Assembly (NCBI GenBank): GCA_964570635.1
Contig: CAZMZA010000002.1
Span: 1-33,079, forward strand
Source of the DNA: an uncultured Dehalococcoidales bacterium
GTDB taxonomy: Bacteria; Chloroflexota; Dehalococcoidia; Dehalococcoidales; CAYYQY01
Length of the DNA: 33,079 nt
Reading direction: 5' to 3'
Position 1 is the first letter of the stretch, and each line of letters starts with the position of its first letter. Positions 17,178 through 24,936 of this stretch are shown one piece after another. Both the position numbers and the translations under genes were made by a program. The notes under the pieces are model-generated. The model did no database searches. It saw nothing but the letters and a program-made list of their open reading frames with translations, and had not been told where the DNA came from.

Positions 17178-17206
17178 ATTGTAAAGGTTTCTGTATATAT
17201 TGTCAA
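17178..17206 (-). promoter_or_regulatory. Sigma70-type promoter of the DUF2178-like / XRE operon
   Basis: On the minus strand: TTGACA (17206-17201), a 17-nt spacer, then TACAAT (17183-17178). A short inverted repeat ATGTA-N5-TACAT follows immediately downstream and could be an operator. Confidence 0.5.
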
Positions 17207-17326
17207 GTCTTTTTAACATTATTGCTCAGATTTACTTGGATCGACAAAAATTAAGTGGAACTTGCTTTCTATATATCTCGTGCGGAATGCAGTTATAAAA
17301 TTGAAAGTGAAGCTGGTGAAGGTAGC

Positions 17327-17755
17327 CTATGTTTTTAAGTCTGGGGTTTGCCTTACCACATATGTCTTGGCTATGCGGTCTCCAAATCTCTGTTCCCTTT
17401 GAGAAGTGGCAATAAGAATAATGCCGAGGATATTAAACGCCGGTAGCCCATCCACGAGTCTAAGCAGGTTTCTGATTACTGATTTAGAAAGACCAATCTT
17501 ACCACCACTTCCATCCACTACTCTCATGCCCAGTATTATCTTACCTATTGTCCAACCAACGTATGCCTCCATGAGAATAAGATAGGCAAAGATAATGAAC
17601 AGAAAAACGATACAAATGGGATCACTGATACCCCAAAGGTGCTCTTCAGGACCCATTACCCATTTACCGGAATACAGATAAGTAGCAGGAAAGAAGAAAA
17701 CAGACAAGAACAAGATGTCGAGAAGCCAAGCAATACCTCTTCTTATTACTGCCAC
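17327..17755 (-). CDS. RDD-family membrane protein
   Basis: RRGIAWLLDILFL...GWTIGKIILGMRVV...VIRNLLRLVDGLP...FGDRIAKTYVV matches the R..D..D layout of RDD proteins. The start codon is GTG. Confidence 0.7.
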   Translation of the reverse strand: MAVIRRGIAWLLDILFLSVFFFPATYLYSGKWVMGPEEHLWGISDPICIVFLFIIFAYLILMEAYVGWTIGKIILGMRVVDGSGGKIGLSKSVIRNLLRLVDGLPAFNILGIILIATSQREQRFGDRIAKTYVVRQTPDLKT

Positions 17756-17801
17756 GGTCTCGTCTTATCCTTTCTGTTCCACTGACGACAACCTTTGTTC
17801 T

Positions 17802-17841
17802 ATCTTTCCAGATTTTTTGCCTTAGCATCAGCTGGAAAGAT
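17802..17841 (-). terminator. 10-bp hairpin downstream of the HesB-like gene
   Basis: ATCTTTCCAG (17802-17811) pairs with CTGGAAAGAT (17832-17841), with a 20-nt loop. There is no U-tract. Confidence 0.3.
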
Positions 17842-17916
17842 TACCTGACGCAGAGCCAAGAGGCCACCTGCCAGTACACAGATGCCAAATGAATCGTGCC
17901 TGCTCAATTGCTGACT

Positions 17917-18192
17917 CTAAGGTTCAGCGGATACGACTAACTTGGCACCCTCTGGAGTGTCTTCAACATCAATAGTGATTCCCTGAAGTCTATCGGCCAG
18001 ACTCCCTTCCACCAGTAGCACTTTCGAGTCCTCATGTTCTATCGCTTGGTCACCTTGTCTTTCCACATCTACAGCCAATCCAAGCTGCCCCTTCTCATCA
18101 GACGTGAGCCTTAAGCATGCTTCAGGCTTATCTGTGTTATCATCCAGTATCCTCTTTAGCTCCTGTTTAGCGCGCTCAGTAGCTCCTATCAT
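17917..18192 (-). CDS. 91-aa HesB/IscA-fold-like protein lacking the cluster-ligand cysteines
   Basis: ATERAKQELKRILDDN...CLRLTSDEKGQLGLAVDVERQGDQAIEHEDSKVLLVEGSLADRLQGITIDV follows the A-type carrier N-terminal pattern. The protein ends before any CGCG motif. SD: AGGAGGTGGGAA. Confidence 0.45.
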   Translation of the reverse strand: MIGATERAKQELKRILDDNTDKPEACLRLTSDEKGQLGLAVDVERQGDQAIEHEDSKVLLVEGSLADRLQGITIDVEDTPEGAKLVVSAEP

Positions 18193-18308
18193 TTCCCACC
18201 TCCTTATTTATTCTTCAGCTTCCCATTAGTTCTGACCAACAGCATAGAACCTTAACTTGTGAGACTAAACCTAACTTCTCCAGAAAATCTTCATTAAAAC
18301 CAAGTGAT

Positions 18309-18626
18309 TTAGTACCTTCTCTTTCTTCCTTCATCAAACCCACCACCCCTCCTACCCCCGTAGGACCCGCCACCTCTGTTATCAGAGCGAGGTCGAGCTG
18401 CATCAACAGTGAGCGTCCGGTCCCTTAGAGTTTTCCCGTTGAGAGCCGTGATTGCCGCCTGACCTTCTGATACCGATGACATCTCAACAAAGGCAAATCC
18501 CCTGGGTCGACCGCTGTACTTGTCGGTCGGAATGCTTACAGATGTCACCTCTCCAAAAGAAGCGAATTCCTGCTGCAATTCCTCTTCGGTTACATCGAAT
18601 GGTAAGTTGCCAACGTAGATTTTCAT
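18309..18626 (-). CDS. RRM-type RNA-binding protein with a Gly/Arg-rich tail
   Basis: RNP-2 is KIYVGNL, RNP-1 is RGFAFVEM, and the tail reads DNRGGGSYGGRRGGGF. Confidence 0.9.
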   Translation of the reverse strand: MKIYVGNLPFDVTEEELQQEFASFGEVTSVSIPTDKYSGRPRGFAFVEMSSVSEGQAAITALNGKTLRDRTLTVDAARPRSDNRGGGSYGGRRGGGFDEGRKRRY

Positions 18627-18676
18627 AATTAAAACCGCCTTACTAAATTACTCCATAGATATCTGGCACCAGGATA

Positions 18677-18862
18677 TTATCTCTGACGTTGCCTCCGTCT
18701 GGCGCTATTCTTTGCCTTTATGCGAGCAGCATCCCTCTCGGATACGAAACGGCGGTGAGCTTTTGCCTCCCGCAAGATGCCACTCATCTGCACCATCCTT
18801 TGAAAGCGCCGCAATAATGATTCCTGGGATTCACCTTCACGTATCGTAACTGCCAATGCCAT
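18677..18862 (-). CDS. rpsU: 30S ribosomal protein S21
   Basis: VTIREGESQESLLRRFQRMVQMSGILREAKAHRRFVSERDAARIKAKNSARRRQR matches the classic S21 pattern. Confidence 0.9.
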   Translation of the reverse strand: MALAVTIREGESQESLLRRFQRMVQMSGILREAKAHRRFVSERDAARIKAKNSARRRQRQR

Positions 18863-18883
18863 AACACACCATCACATTCTAGA

Positions 18884-18922
18884 GGCATATACAGGCCGGG
18901 TATCCCCCAGCCTGTATATGTC
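18884..18922 (-). terminator. Perfect 11-bp (extendable to 13-bp) hairpin between the zinc-ribbon gene and rpsU
   Basis: CATATACAGGC (18886-18896) is the exact complement of GCCTGTATATG (18910-18920). A G.U and a G-C pair extend the stem outward. There is no U-tract. Confidence 0.35.
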
Positions 18923-18939
18923 CTGACGTCAACTCAGCA

Positions 18940-19239
18940 TTATCTGCTCAGTCTGACTTTGCGGTAGCAATCGCTACAGTAAACCGGTTTATCACCACGG
19001 GGTTCAAAGGGTACCTCAGTGTCTTTGCCACACTCGGCACATACCGCGGGAAACATCTGGCGCTGGGACCCGTAGTTGCTATTTCCGCTGCGCTCCGACT
19101 TCCTTGCCTGACGACACGAGGGACAGCGCTTAGGCTCATTAGTATAGCCTCTGGATTGGAAAAGTTCTTGTTCTTCAGCGCTGAAGGTGAAAGTAGTCCC
19201 GCAATCGGAACACTGGAGTGACTTGTCCTTAAAGCTCAT
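18940..19239 (-). CDS. Double zinc-ribbon protein (CxxC-x17-CxxC type)
   Basis: MSFKDKSLQCSDCGTTFTFSAEEQELFQSRGYTNEPKRCPSCRQARK...AVCAECGKDTEVPFEPRGDKPVYCSDCY. I chose ATG 19239, which has the SD GGAGGAGAGGAGG. The track start at 19284 lies upstream of that SD. Confidence 0.8.
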   Translation of the reverse strand: MSFKDKSLQCSDCGTTFTFSAEEQELFQSRGYTNEPKRCPSCRQARKSERSGNSNYGSQRQMFPAVCAECGKDTEVPFEPRGDKPVYCSDCYRKVRLSR

Positions 19240-19287
19240 TGGATGACCTCCTCTCCTCCAAATTTTAGTTAGAGTTCCGGTCATCCA
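19240..19287 (-). promoter_or_regulatory. 9-bp perfect stem abutting the zinc-ribbon gene start codon and overlapping the 3' end of its SD
   Basis: On the minus strand, TGGATGACC (19287-19279) pairs with GGTCATCCA (19248-19240), followed directly by ATG. The 30-nt loop carries most of the SD, GGAGGAGAGGA. Confidence 0.4.
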
Positions 19288-19351
19288 TGCTTAAGTAATT
19301 TGGGGTAATTTTGAAAGCTTGTAATAACCTAAACCTACACTAATTGACTAC

Positions 19352-19380
19352 ATTATACACTAAAAGAATATCCTTCACAA
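19352..19380 (-). promoter_or_regulatory. Sigma70-type promoter of the zinc-ribbon / rpsU / RRM gene block
   Basis: On the minus strand: TTGTGA (19380-19375), a 17-nt spacer ending in TG (extended -10), then TATAAT (19357-19352). Confidence 0.45.
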
Positions 19381-19451
19381 GAGACCAGTGTTAGCTTTTG
19401 AAAAGCAGGGTGATAACTACAAATCAGAACGCAGACCAACAGACCCTGGCC

Positions 19452-19489
19452 AACAAAAACGCAGGCCGTGCCGGTCTCGAACCGGCGAC
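19452..19489 (-). terminator. Hairpin plus U-tract just after the AOR stop codon
   Basis: On the minus strand: GTCGCCGG-TTCGAGA-CCGGCAC (19489-19468, one bulge), then GGCCTGC, then GTTTTTGTT (19460-19452). Confidence 0.35.
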
Positions 19490-19492
19490 ACC

Positions 19493-21439
19493 CTACATAA
19501 TGAGTCCCCTTGACTCTAAATCCTGGGCAACGTCCTGGAGCCCGAGCTCCTCAAGCTTGGCCCTTGTTTGAAGTCCGCTCGACACATCCCAGCCTCTGAG
19601 CTGATAGTATTCGTCTTTCATCTTTTCAAATTGCTCCCTATCAACTACCGCCCCCTTCCGGGATATTATCTCTCCCCCTTTCCCGGGCACCAGGCATTCG
19701 GGGTTATCGGGAGCAAACTTTATAGGCACGGTGAAATCAGACTCCACCAGGGTATCGTTTTTCCGTCCCTCATATCCTTCCCTGACCAGTACCGCTCTTT
19801 GGAGATTAAAAACCCCTTCACCCTTCCGGTAAAGTCCTTCTTCATCTATTTCCGCTCCGGTAACTGCCTGAAAGACCCTGCTTTCAATGGTGGGGTCACC
19901 GACATGGTCCTCCGAGTGTACGACACTGGTCATAGGCCAGGCCATGTCACAAAGGATAAAGCATTCTTTGGCATACTCACGGTCCTGGATAATTTTGGCG
20001 GCAAGGGCTTTTCCCTCGTAAGTAGAGATGTCCACCGCAAGCTCACCGCCAAAGAAACGCCTGGCAATGGCACGAATCACGTCACTGGATAGATAGGCGC
20101 CCTCAGCCTTGTCGCACCAGTCCAGCCAGTAGTGCATCAGGAAAACTATTTCATGCAGCGAATGAATTGGCTGCTTTGGCTCAGTAGCATATAGAAGACC
20201 GGTCAGGATATAAAGCTTGGGACCGTAGACGTGGTATCGTCCATACTGGTCGATACCAGCCGGTATCTGGGATTCCGCACCGCCTCCAACCAGACTGGCG
20301 GCTTTGAAGACCCCGTTAGCCAGGATATCGCCAAAGCCTTCCCTAAGCGCTGTTTTCCTCACCAAGGTCTCAATAAACTCAAGACTACCCAGTTTGGATA
20401 TAGGAATACCGGTACTATCGTCGGTCAAAATACCCGCCTTGCTACACCTCCTTAGCCATTCAGCAAGCATGCCGACAACCTGTGAATCAAGCCCGTACTG
20501 GTTACAAAGCCAAGCGGCATGGAAAGGAGTGTCCTCCAACTTTCCATAGTATCCCTGAGACCAAGGGGTATAAAAATCCGGGGGCTGGCAGAAAAACTTC
20601 CCCAGGGTGCCATTGTCTGCCCGGTAGGTTGCCCGGTCACAGCCGCTGATACAGCCATAGCAAGCGAACTTTTTCATCCTGGGGTTTCCTTTAGCCGCAG
20701 AGTTGCGGTAGCCACCAGTGTATATACCCGGGGCGTCTCTCCTCAATTCAAGAATGTATTTTCTCAGCTCCCTGAGCCTTTCCGGGTCGGCTACGGCTAC
20801 TTTGCCGCTACCTCTCACCGCAATAGCCTTCAGCTTCTTAGAGCCCATAACCGCCCCGAAACCGCTGGAGCCGGAGGCATCATCGTCGGCCAGGACGGTA
20901 GCCATAACCGCCATATTGTCACCGGCGGGGCCGGTAGCTACGACTCTTACCGCTCTCCCCAGCTCTCCCTTGAGGATTTCTCTTGTCTCAATGGCCCCTT
21001 TGCCCCACAGTGGCGAAGCATCCCGTATCTCGGCCGTCCCGTCCTGTACCAGGAGATAGACTGGCCTATCGGACTTGCCTTGAATTACCAGCCCGTCATA
21101 ACCGGCAAACTTGAGGTGAGCCCCCCAGCTCCCCACCAAGCTGGCACAAGAGAAGTGCTCAGGAGCATCGGGAATCCGGCGCGGGGACTTACTGCAGATT
21201 TGCCAAACAGAAGCGGCTAAACCAGTGACCCCACCCAAGGGGCCAGTAACAAATATCAAGCGATTTTCGGGACTGAGAGCTTCGGTCTCCGGCGGGACCT
21301 CATCCCAATAAATCTTGGCTGCGATGCCCCGCCCCCCAAGAAACCTATCACTGTAATCGGTCGTGGGAAATTCGGTTATGCTTCTTGAGGACAGGTCTAC
21401 CCGCAGCATTTTCCCGGTATATCCAAACAGTCCTGCCAT
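19493..21439 (-). CDS. Module B5: aldehyde:ferredoxin oxidoreductase family (tungstopterin type)
   Basis: The AOR N-terminal domain reads MAGLFGYTGKMLRVDLSSRSITEF...FLGGRGIAAKIYWDEV. The protein also carries GSGFGAVMGSKKLKAIAVRG and the cluster motif CYGCISGC. I chose ATG 21439. Confidence 0.9.
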   Translation of the reverse strand: MAGLFGYTGKMLRVDLSSRSITEFPTTDYSDRFLGGRGIAAKIYWDEVPPETEALSPENRLIFVTGPLGGVTGLAASVWQICSKSPRRIPDAPEHFSCASLVGSWGAHLKFAGYDGLVIQGKSDRPVYLLVQDGTAEIRDASPLWGKGAIETREILKGELGRAVRVVATGPAGDNMAVMATVLADDDASGSSGFGAVMGSKKLKAIAVRGSGKVAVADPERLRELRKYILELRRDAPGIYTGGYRNSAAKGNPRMKKFACYGCISGCDRATYRADNGTLGKFFCQPPDFYTPWSQGYYGKLEDTPFHAAWLCNQYGLDSQVVGMLAEWLRRCSKAGILTDDSTGIPISKLGSLEFIETLVRKTALREGFGDILANGVFKAASLVGGGAESQIPAGIDQYGRYHVYGPKLYILTGLLYATEPKQPIHSLHEIVFLMHYWLDWCDKAEGAYLSSDVIRAIARRFFGGELAVDISTYEGKALAAKIIQDREYAKECFILCDMAWPMTSVVHSEDHVGDPTIESRVFQAVTGAEIDEEGLYRKGEGVFNLQRAVLVREGYEGRKNDTLVESDFTVPIKFAPDNPECLVPGKGGEIISRKGAVVDREQFEKMKDEYYQLRGWDVSSGLQTRAKLEELGLQDVAQDLESRGLIM

Positions 21440-21486
21440 TTTTCTTTCCCCTTTCGTCACCCTCCCTGACATCGCACAGGCGGAGG

Positions 21487-23064
21487 CTACTGAGCTATTA
21501 CCTTCTTAAAATCGATGTCTAGGTCCTCCATTACCACTTGAACAGCGGCTCTGCCACCGCCGGTTACTCCACCGCCGGGATGGGTACTTGCTCCGCACAT
21601 GTAGAGGTTCTTCACCGGGGTTCTGTAGCTGCCCCAGCCCGGGAGGGGGCGGTTGCTGAGGTATTGATTTAAGAAGGAGCCTATATGGTTGAGGTCTCCA
21701 TGGACGAAAGCCGGATTATCCCTCTCAATATCGATAGGACTGGCTATCCACCTACCCAGAATGTTGTCCGGGCCCAAGTTTGTGGTATACTCCCGTGCCG
21801 TCTCCAGAACGGCATCGGCGACCTCCTGTTTTATTTCATCCCACCTACTTGGTCCTCCGTCCTTCAGGTTATAGGGTTCGTAGTGATAAAGGTAAAGGGT
21901 ATGTTTTCCCTCCGGGGCACGGGTGGGGTCGACGAGAGTGCAACACATCAATAGTGGCATTTTGGCATTAGTAATACCGTACATATATTCATCAAAAGAC
22001 TTCAGGTAGTCCTCCATGAAAGGACAAATCTCCACAAACCAGGTCTTGTCAACATCTCCGCCCGCCTTCCATTTTGGCGCCTCATTGAGGGCAAAGGCCT
22101 GGTTCATAGGGGCGAAACTGCTGTGTCGGATATTCTTGACTCTGTCCACAAAACCCGACGGCAGCTCATCGGGTTTTAGCAGTTCAAGGAAGAGCTGCTT
22201 AACATTTAGATTGGACACGACAGCTTTTCTGGCCTTAATCTCCTCGCCTGTACCCAGGACCACCGCCCTGGCACTACCGCCTTCAACCTTAATGCCCTTT
22301 ACCGGGCTTGAAAGCCTCACTGTACCTCCGTTATCCTTTATGACGGCTTCGAGCCGTTCGCTTACGGCTCCTGAGCCGCCCTCAGGCACTGAGAACCCCC
22401 AGTTGTGAATGAACGGTACCATACCCAGTGCGTAGGTTCCCGTTCCTTTCTCTTGAGGAGCAATCATAGACTCAGAGGCAAATCTGGTTAGCGCTATTTT
22501 CACCTGTTCGCTCTCAAACCAGTTTTCTGCCAAGTCTCCGGCACTGCCCAAGATTATGTTCAAGACCTCCCGGCCTTCCTCGCTCGAATCCAGCAGGTAT
22601 ACCAGACGGCCAAAGGTAGGTGCCGGGGAGAACATGGCCCAGGTTCCGGCACGGATCAGCTTCTGGCAAGCCTCAACGTACCGGTAATAGGTCTCAGCAT
22701 CTCGCTGGGAGAACTGCGCTATAGATTCGCATGTCTTATCAATTTCCTTGTGAAAAATTAGCGCCCTGTTATCGGGGAAGACAACAGCGAGCTGTGGGTC
22801 TGTGGGGATATACTTGAGCCCGTATTTAGACCTAAGGCCTAACTCATCCCGATGGAGGAGCGGGTTACTGGTGAGGACTCCATGAATAACAGAGTGCGGG
22901 TCGTGCTTGAAACCCGGCAGAGTCAATTCCCTGGTAATGACCCCGCCGCCGACTTTATCATTCCCCTCCACCACACAAACATCCAGCCCGGCTTTAGCCA
23001 AATAAGCGGCCACAATTAAGCCATTGTGCCCCCCGCCGATTACTACCACATCATGTTCGTTCAT
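21487..23064 (-). CDS. Module B4: CrtI/phytoene-desaturase-family FAD-dependent oxidoreductase (525 aa)
   Basis: Sequence: HDVVVIGGGHNGLIVAAYLAKAGLDVCVVEGNDKVGGG...NLYMCGASTHPGGGVTGGGR. I chose ATG 23064, which follows the SD GAGGAGG. Confidence 0.85.
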   Translation of the reverse strand: MNEHDVVVIGGGHNGLIVAAYLAKAGLDVCVVEGNDKVGGGVITRELTLPGFKHDPHSVIHGVLTSNPLLHRDELGLRSKYGLKYIPTDPQLAVVFPDNRALIFHKEIDKTCESIAQFSQRDAETYYRYVEACQKLIRAGTWAMFSPAPTFGRLVYLLDSSEEGREVLNIILGSAGDLAENWFESEQVKIALTRFASESMIAPQEKGTGTYALGMVPFIHNWGFSVPEGGSGAVSERLEAVIKDNGGTVRLSSPVKGIKVEGGSARAVVLGTGEEIKARKAVVSNLNVKQLFLELLKPDELPSGFVDRVKNIRHSSFAPMNQAFALNEAPKWKAGGDVDKTWFVEICPFMEDYLKSFDEYMYGITNAKMPLLMCCTLVDPTRAPEGKHTLYLYHYEPYNLKDGGPSRWDEIKQEVADAVLETAREYTTNLGPDNILGRWIASPIDIERDNPAFVHGDLNHIGSFLNQYLSNRPLPGWGSYRTPVKNLYMCGASTHPGGGVTGGGRAAVQVVMEDLDIDFKKVIAQ

Positions 23065-23141
23065 CACCCCTCCTCGGATTCTGTAATTCGTGAAGTAACC
23101 ATACCAGAAACCGAAGGCATTCCTCCATGCCCATCTGGTGT

Positions 23142-23176
23142 CGGGGACTCCCGCGAACTATTCGTGGGAGTCCCCG
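23142..23176 (-). terminator. 16-bp hairpin separating B1-B3 from the CrtI-like / AOR genes
   Basis: CGGGGACTCCCGCGAA (23142-23157) pairs with TTCGTGGGAGTCCCCG (23161-23176), including one G.U pair, with a CTA loop. It lies 33 nt after the B3 stop. There is no U-tract on the minus strand. Confidence 0.4.
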
Positions 23177-23208
23177 CTCTTTACTTTGACCGACCAATCA
23201 CCCAGGGG

Positions 23209-24918
23209 CTACTTCCCCCGATTGCCCTGCCACGGCCTTGCCGCCATCTCCCTTACCGTCTCCTTACACTCCTCACTTATTACCGGCACTTCGGGAGGAA
23301 CCCCCTCCAGCACCATATCTATGACGTAGGGCCAGTTACAACCGGACAGAGCACTGGGGTCGAACTCCTTCTTGAACCGGTCAATCCAGACAGGAAAGTT
23401 TTGTTTTGCTGGTCCAAAAGTCTTCATGGAGTGAATCTGAGCATCGAAGATACTCTGGCAGCCACACCTTACGTTAATCGTTTGCCCCTCGCTCAGCTGC
23501 CACTGCATCACAAATCTCAGGTCCACATCCGGGTCAAACTCAGGGTCCTCAGGGTCAGTCTTCTTGGGGTCGGGGAATCCGTGTTCCTCCATATAATGAA
23601 TACGCCCTAAGTTCCAGACAGCGAACCAGGGAAGGTCGCCCTTCTGGTCAAAATGGTCTGATTTATGGGGATTTTCAGCCAGCCTCCTGGCAAACTCCCG
23701 TATCGAGTACTGAGTGCATTTCCAGCTCTCTGAACCGGCATCGGTCAGCCCAAAAGACCCGCTCGGCATCCACATATCGGCCGTATTGGCGTATAGGAAG
23801 CTAGCTTCGTCCGTCTGGGGAGTACGGCGAATAGTGCCACCGCATTCGTTTACGATGTCTTCCAAGACCCGCATCTCATAGTCCATATGCTCCTGAGAGG
23901 TGCGACCTATGAGCAGCACTCGAAGAATGTGGGTCTTGGCTACCTCCTCAGGTGTCACCGCCTCCCAGCTTTCCCAGAAGGTATTCCTGAAGTCCCGGTT
24001 GCCCCGGGCCTTGGCAATAGACCTCCAGTAAGCGGGTACAATGTTTATGGCAGCCCCGATTTGAGCCCTTGTTATCTCCTGTATTGCCTTCATCAAGGCT
24101 TCTTCACTGGGGAAGGTAACGTTCTGCCAACTTACCCTTGACGGAAACTCGACACAGGTATTAGGTCCCGTGCCAGCGGGTTTAAGCTCCTCTGGTTGAA
24201 ACGGGTAGAGCTTGGTTGAGACTTTGGTGAAGATGCCCATGCCCCCTACCCACCAGGAGCTACCTTTCAGCAGCCCGATGGTGCTGGGTCCCAGCCCATC
24301 ATGGTAATAACCGTTCTCATCACTATCCACAAGCGACCCCATCCGGTATATCTCCCCCTCCGGGCTGACCCATTCCACACCATTCACCCGGCGAATGCTG
24401 ACAGTGGTTATCCGATAGCAAAGGTGCCCCTGACCCTGATGGAAGGCATTAATTGCCACTGATACCACGCCGCCACCCCCGGGGGTGACGCTGGTCATGT
24501 CCCTCCTCAGGATTTCGCTCTGGAGCTGGAAATAGGTTACCCCTGCTCCCAGGACGGCAAACATGTTCTTGTCATCGATAAACATGTCATTCAGCCGTCT
24601 CAGGTCAATCTCAACGGCATCCTGGCGAAAGGAAGGACTGGCATTGGCTACGGTATGCTGGCTCATTGGGACATACGGAATATTATGGCGGTTGCACACC
24701 TTAACTATGGCGGCAACCTGCTCCGTGTTCTCGGGCCTGACGATGCAGGCTGCCAACTGGTTTACTCCGTGATAAAACAGTACCTCTCTCACGCATCCGG
24801 AACCAGCCAGAGCCCGCCTGTAGACAGGGTCGGTGGTGATATACTCCGGTCCAACGATAGCTTCTAGCTCCCGGCAAATCTCCTCAGATATATGCTCAAA
24901 ATCTGCGACACCCTTCAT
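23209..24918 (-). CDS. Module B3: divergent FAD_binding_4-family protein, long subunit (569 aa)
   Basis: LAACIVRPENTEQVAAIVKVCNRHNIPYVPMSQHTVANASPSF..VEIDLRRLNDM. Shares KLYPFQPEELKPAGTG and DYEMRVLEDIVNECGGTIRR with 10048 and 14903. SD: GGGAGG. Confidence 0.8.
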   Translation of the reverse strand: MKGVADFEHISEEICRELEAIVGPEYITTDPVYRRALAGSGCVREVLFYHGVNQLAACIVRPENTEQVAAIVKVCNRHNIPYVPMSQHTVANASPSFRQDAVEIDLRRLNDMFIDDKNMFAVLGAGVTYFQLQSEILRRDMTSVTPGGGGVVSVAINAFHQGQGHLCYRITTVSIRRVNGVEWVSPEGEIYRMGSLVDSDENGYYHDGLGPSTIGLLKGSSWWVGGMGIFTKVSTKLYPFQPEELKPAGTGPNTCVEFPSRVSWQNVTFPSEEALMKAIQEITRAQIGAAINIVPAYWRSIAKARGNRDFRNTFWESWEAVTPEEVAKTHILRVLLIGRTSQEHMDYEMRVLEDIVNECGGTIRRTPQTDEASFLYANTADMWMPSGSFGLTDAGSESWKCTQYSIREFARRLAENPHKSDHFDQKGDLPWFAVWNLGRIHYMEEHGFPDPKKTDPEDPEFDPDVDLRFVMQWQLSEGQTINVRCGCQSIFDAQIHSMKTFGPAKQNFPVWIDRFKKEFDPSALSGCNWPYVIDMVLEGVPPEVPVISEECKETVREMAARPWQGNRGK

Positions 24919-24936
24919 GACTAACCTCCCTTTTTG

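Noticed and set aside
19452-19500. A tRNA T-arm look-alike on the minus strand (GCCGG-TTCGAGA-CCGGC).
   Set aside because: No complementary acceptor stem, D-arm or anticodon arm could be built upstream, and that region is the 3' end of the AOR CDS. I interpret it as the AOR terminator hairpin.
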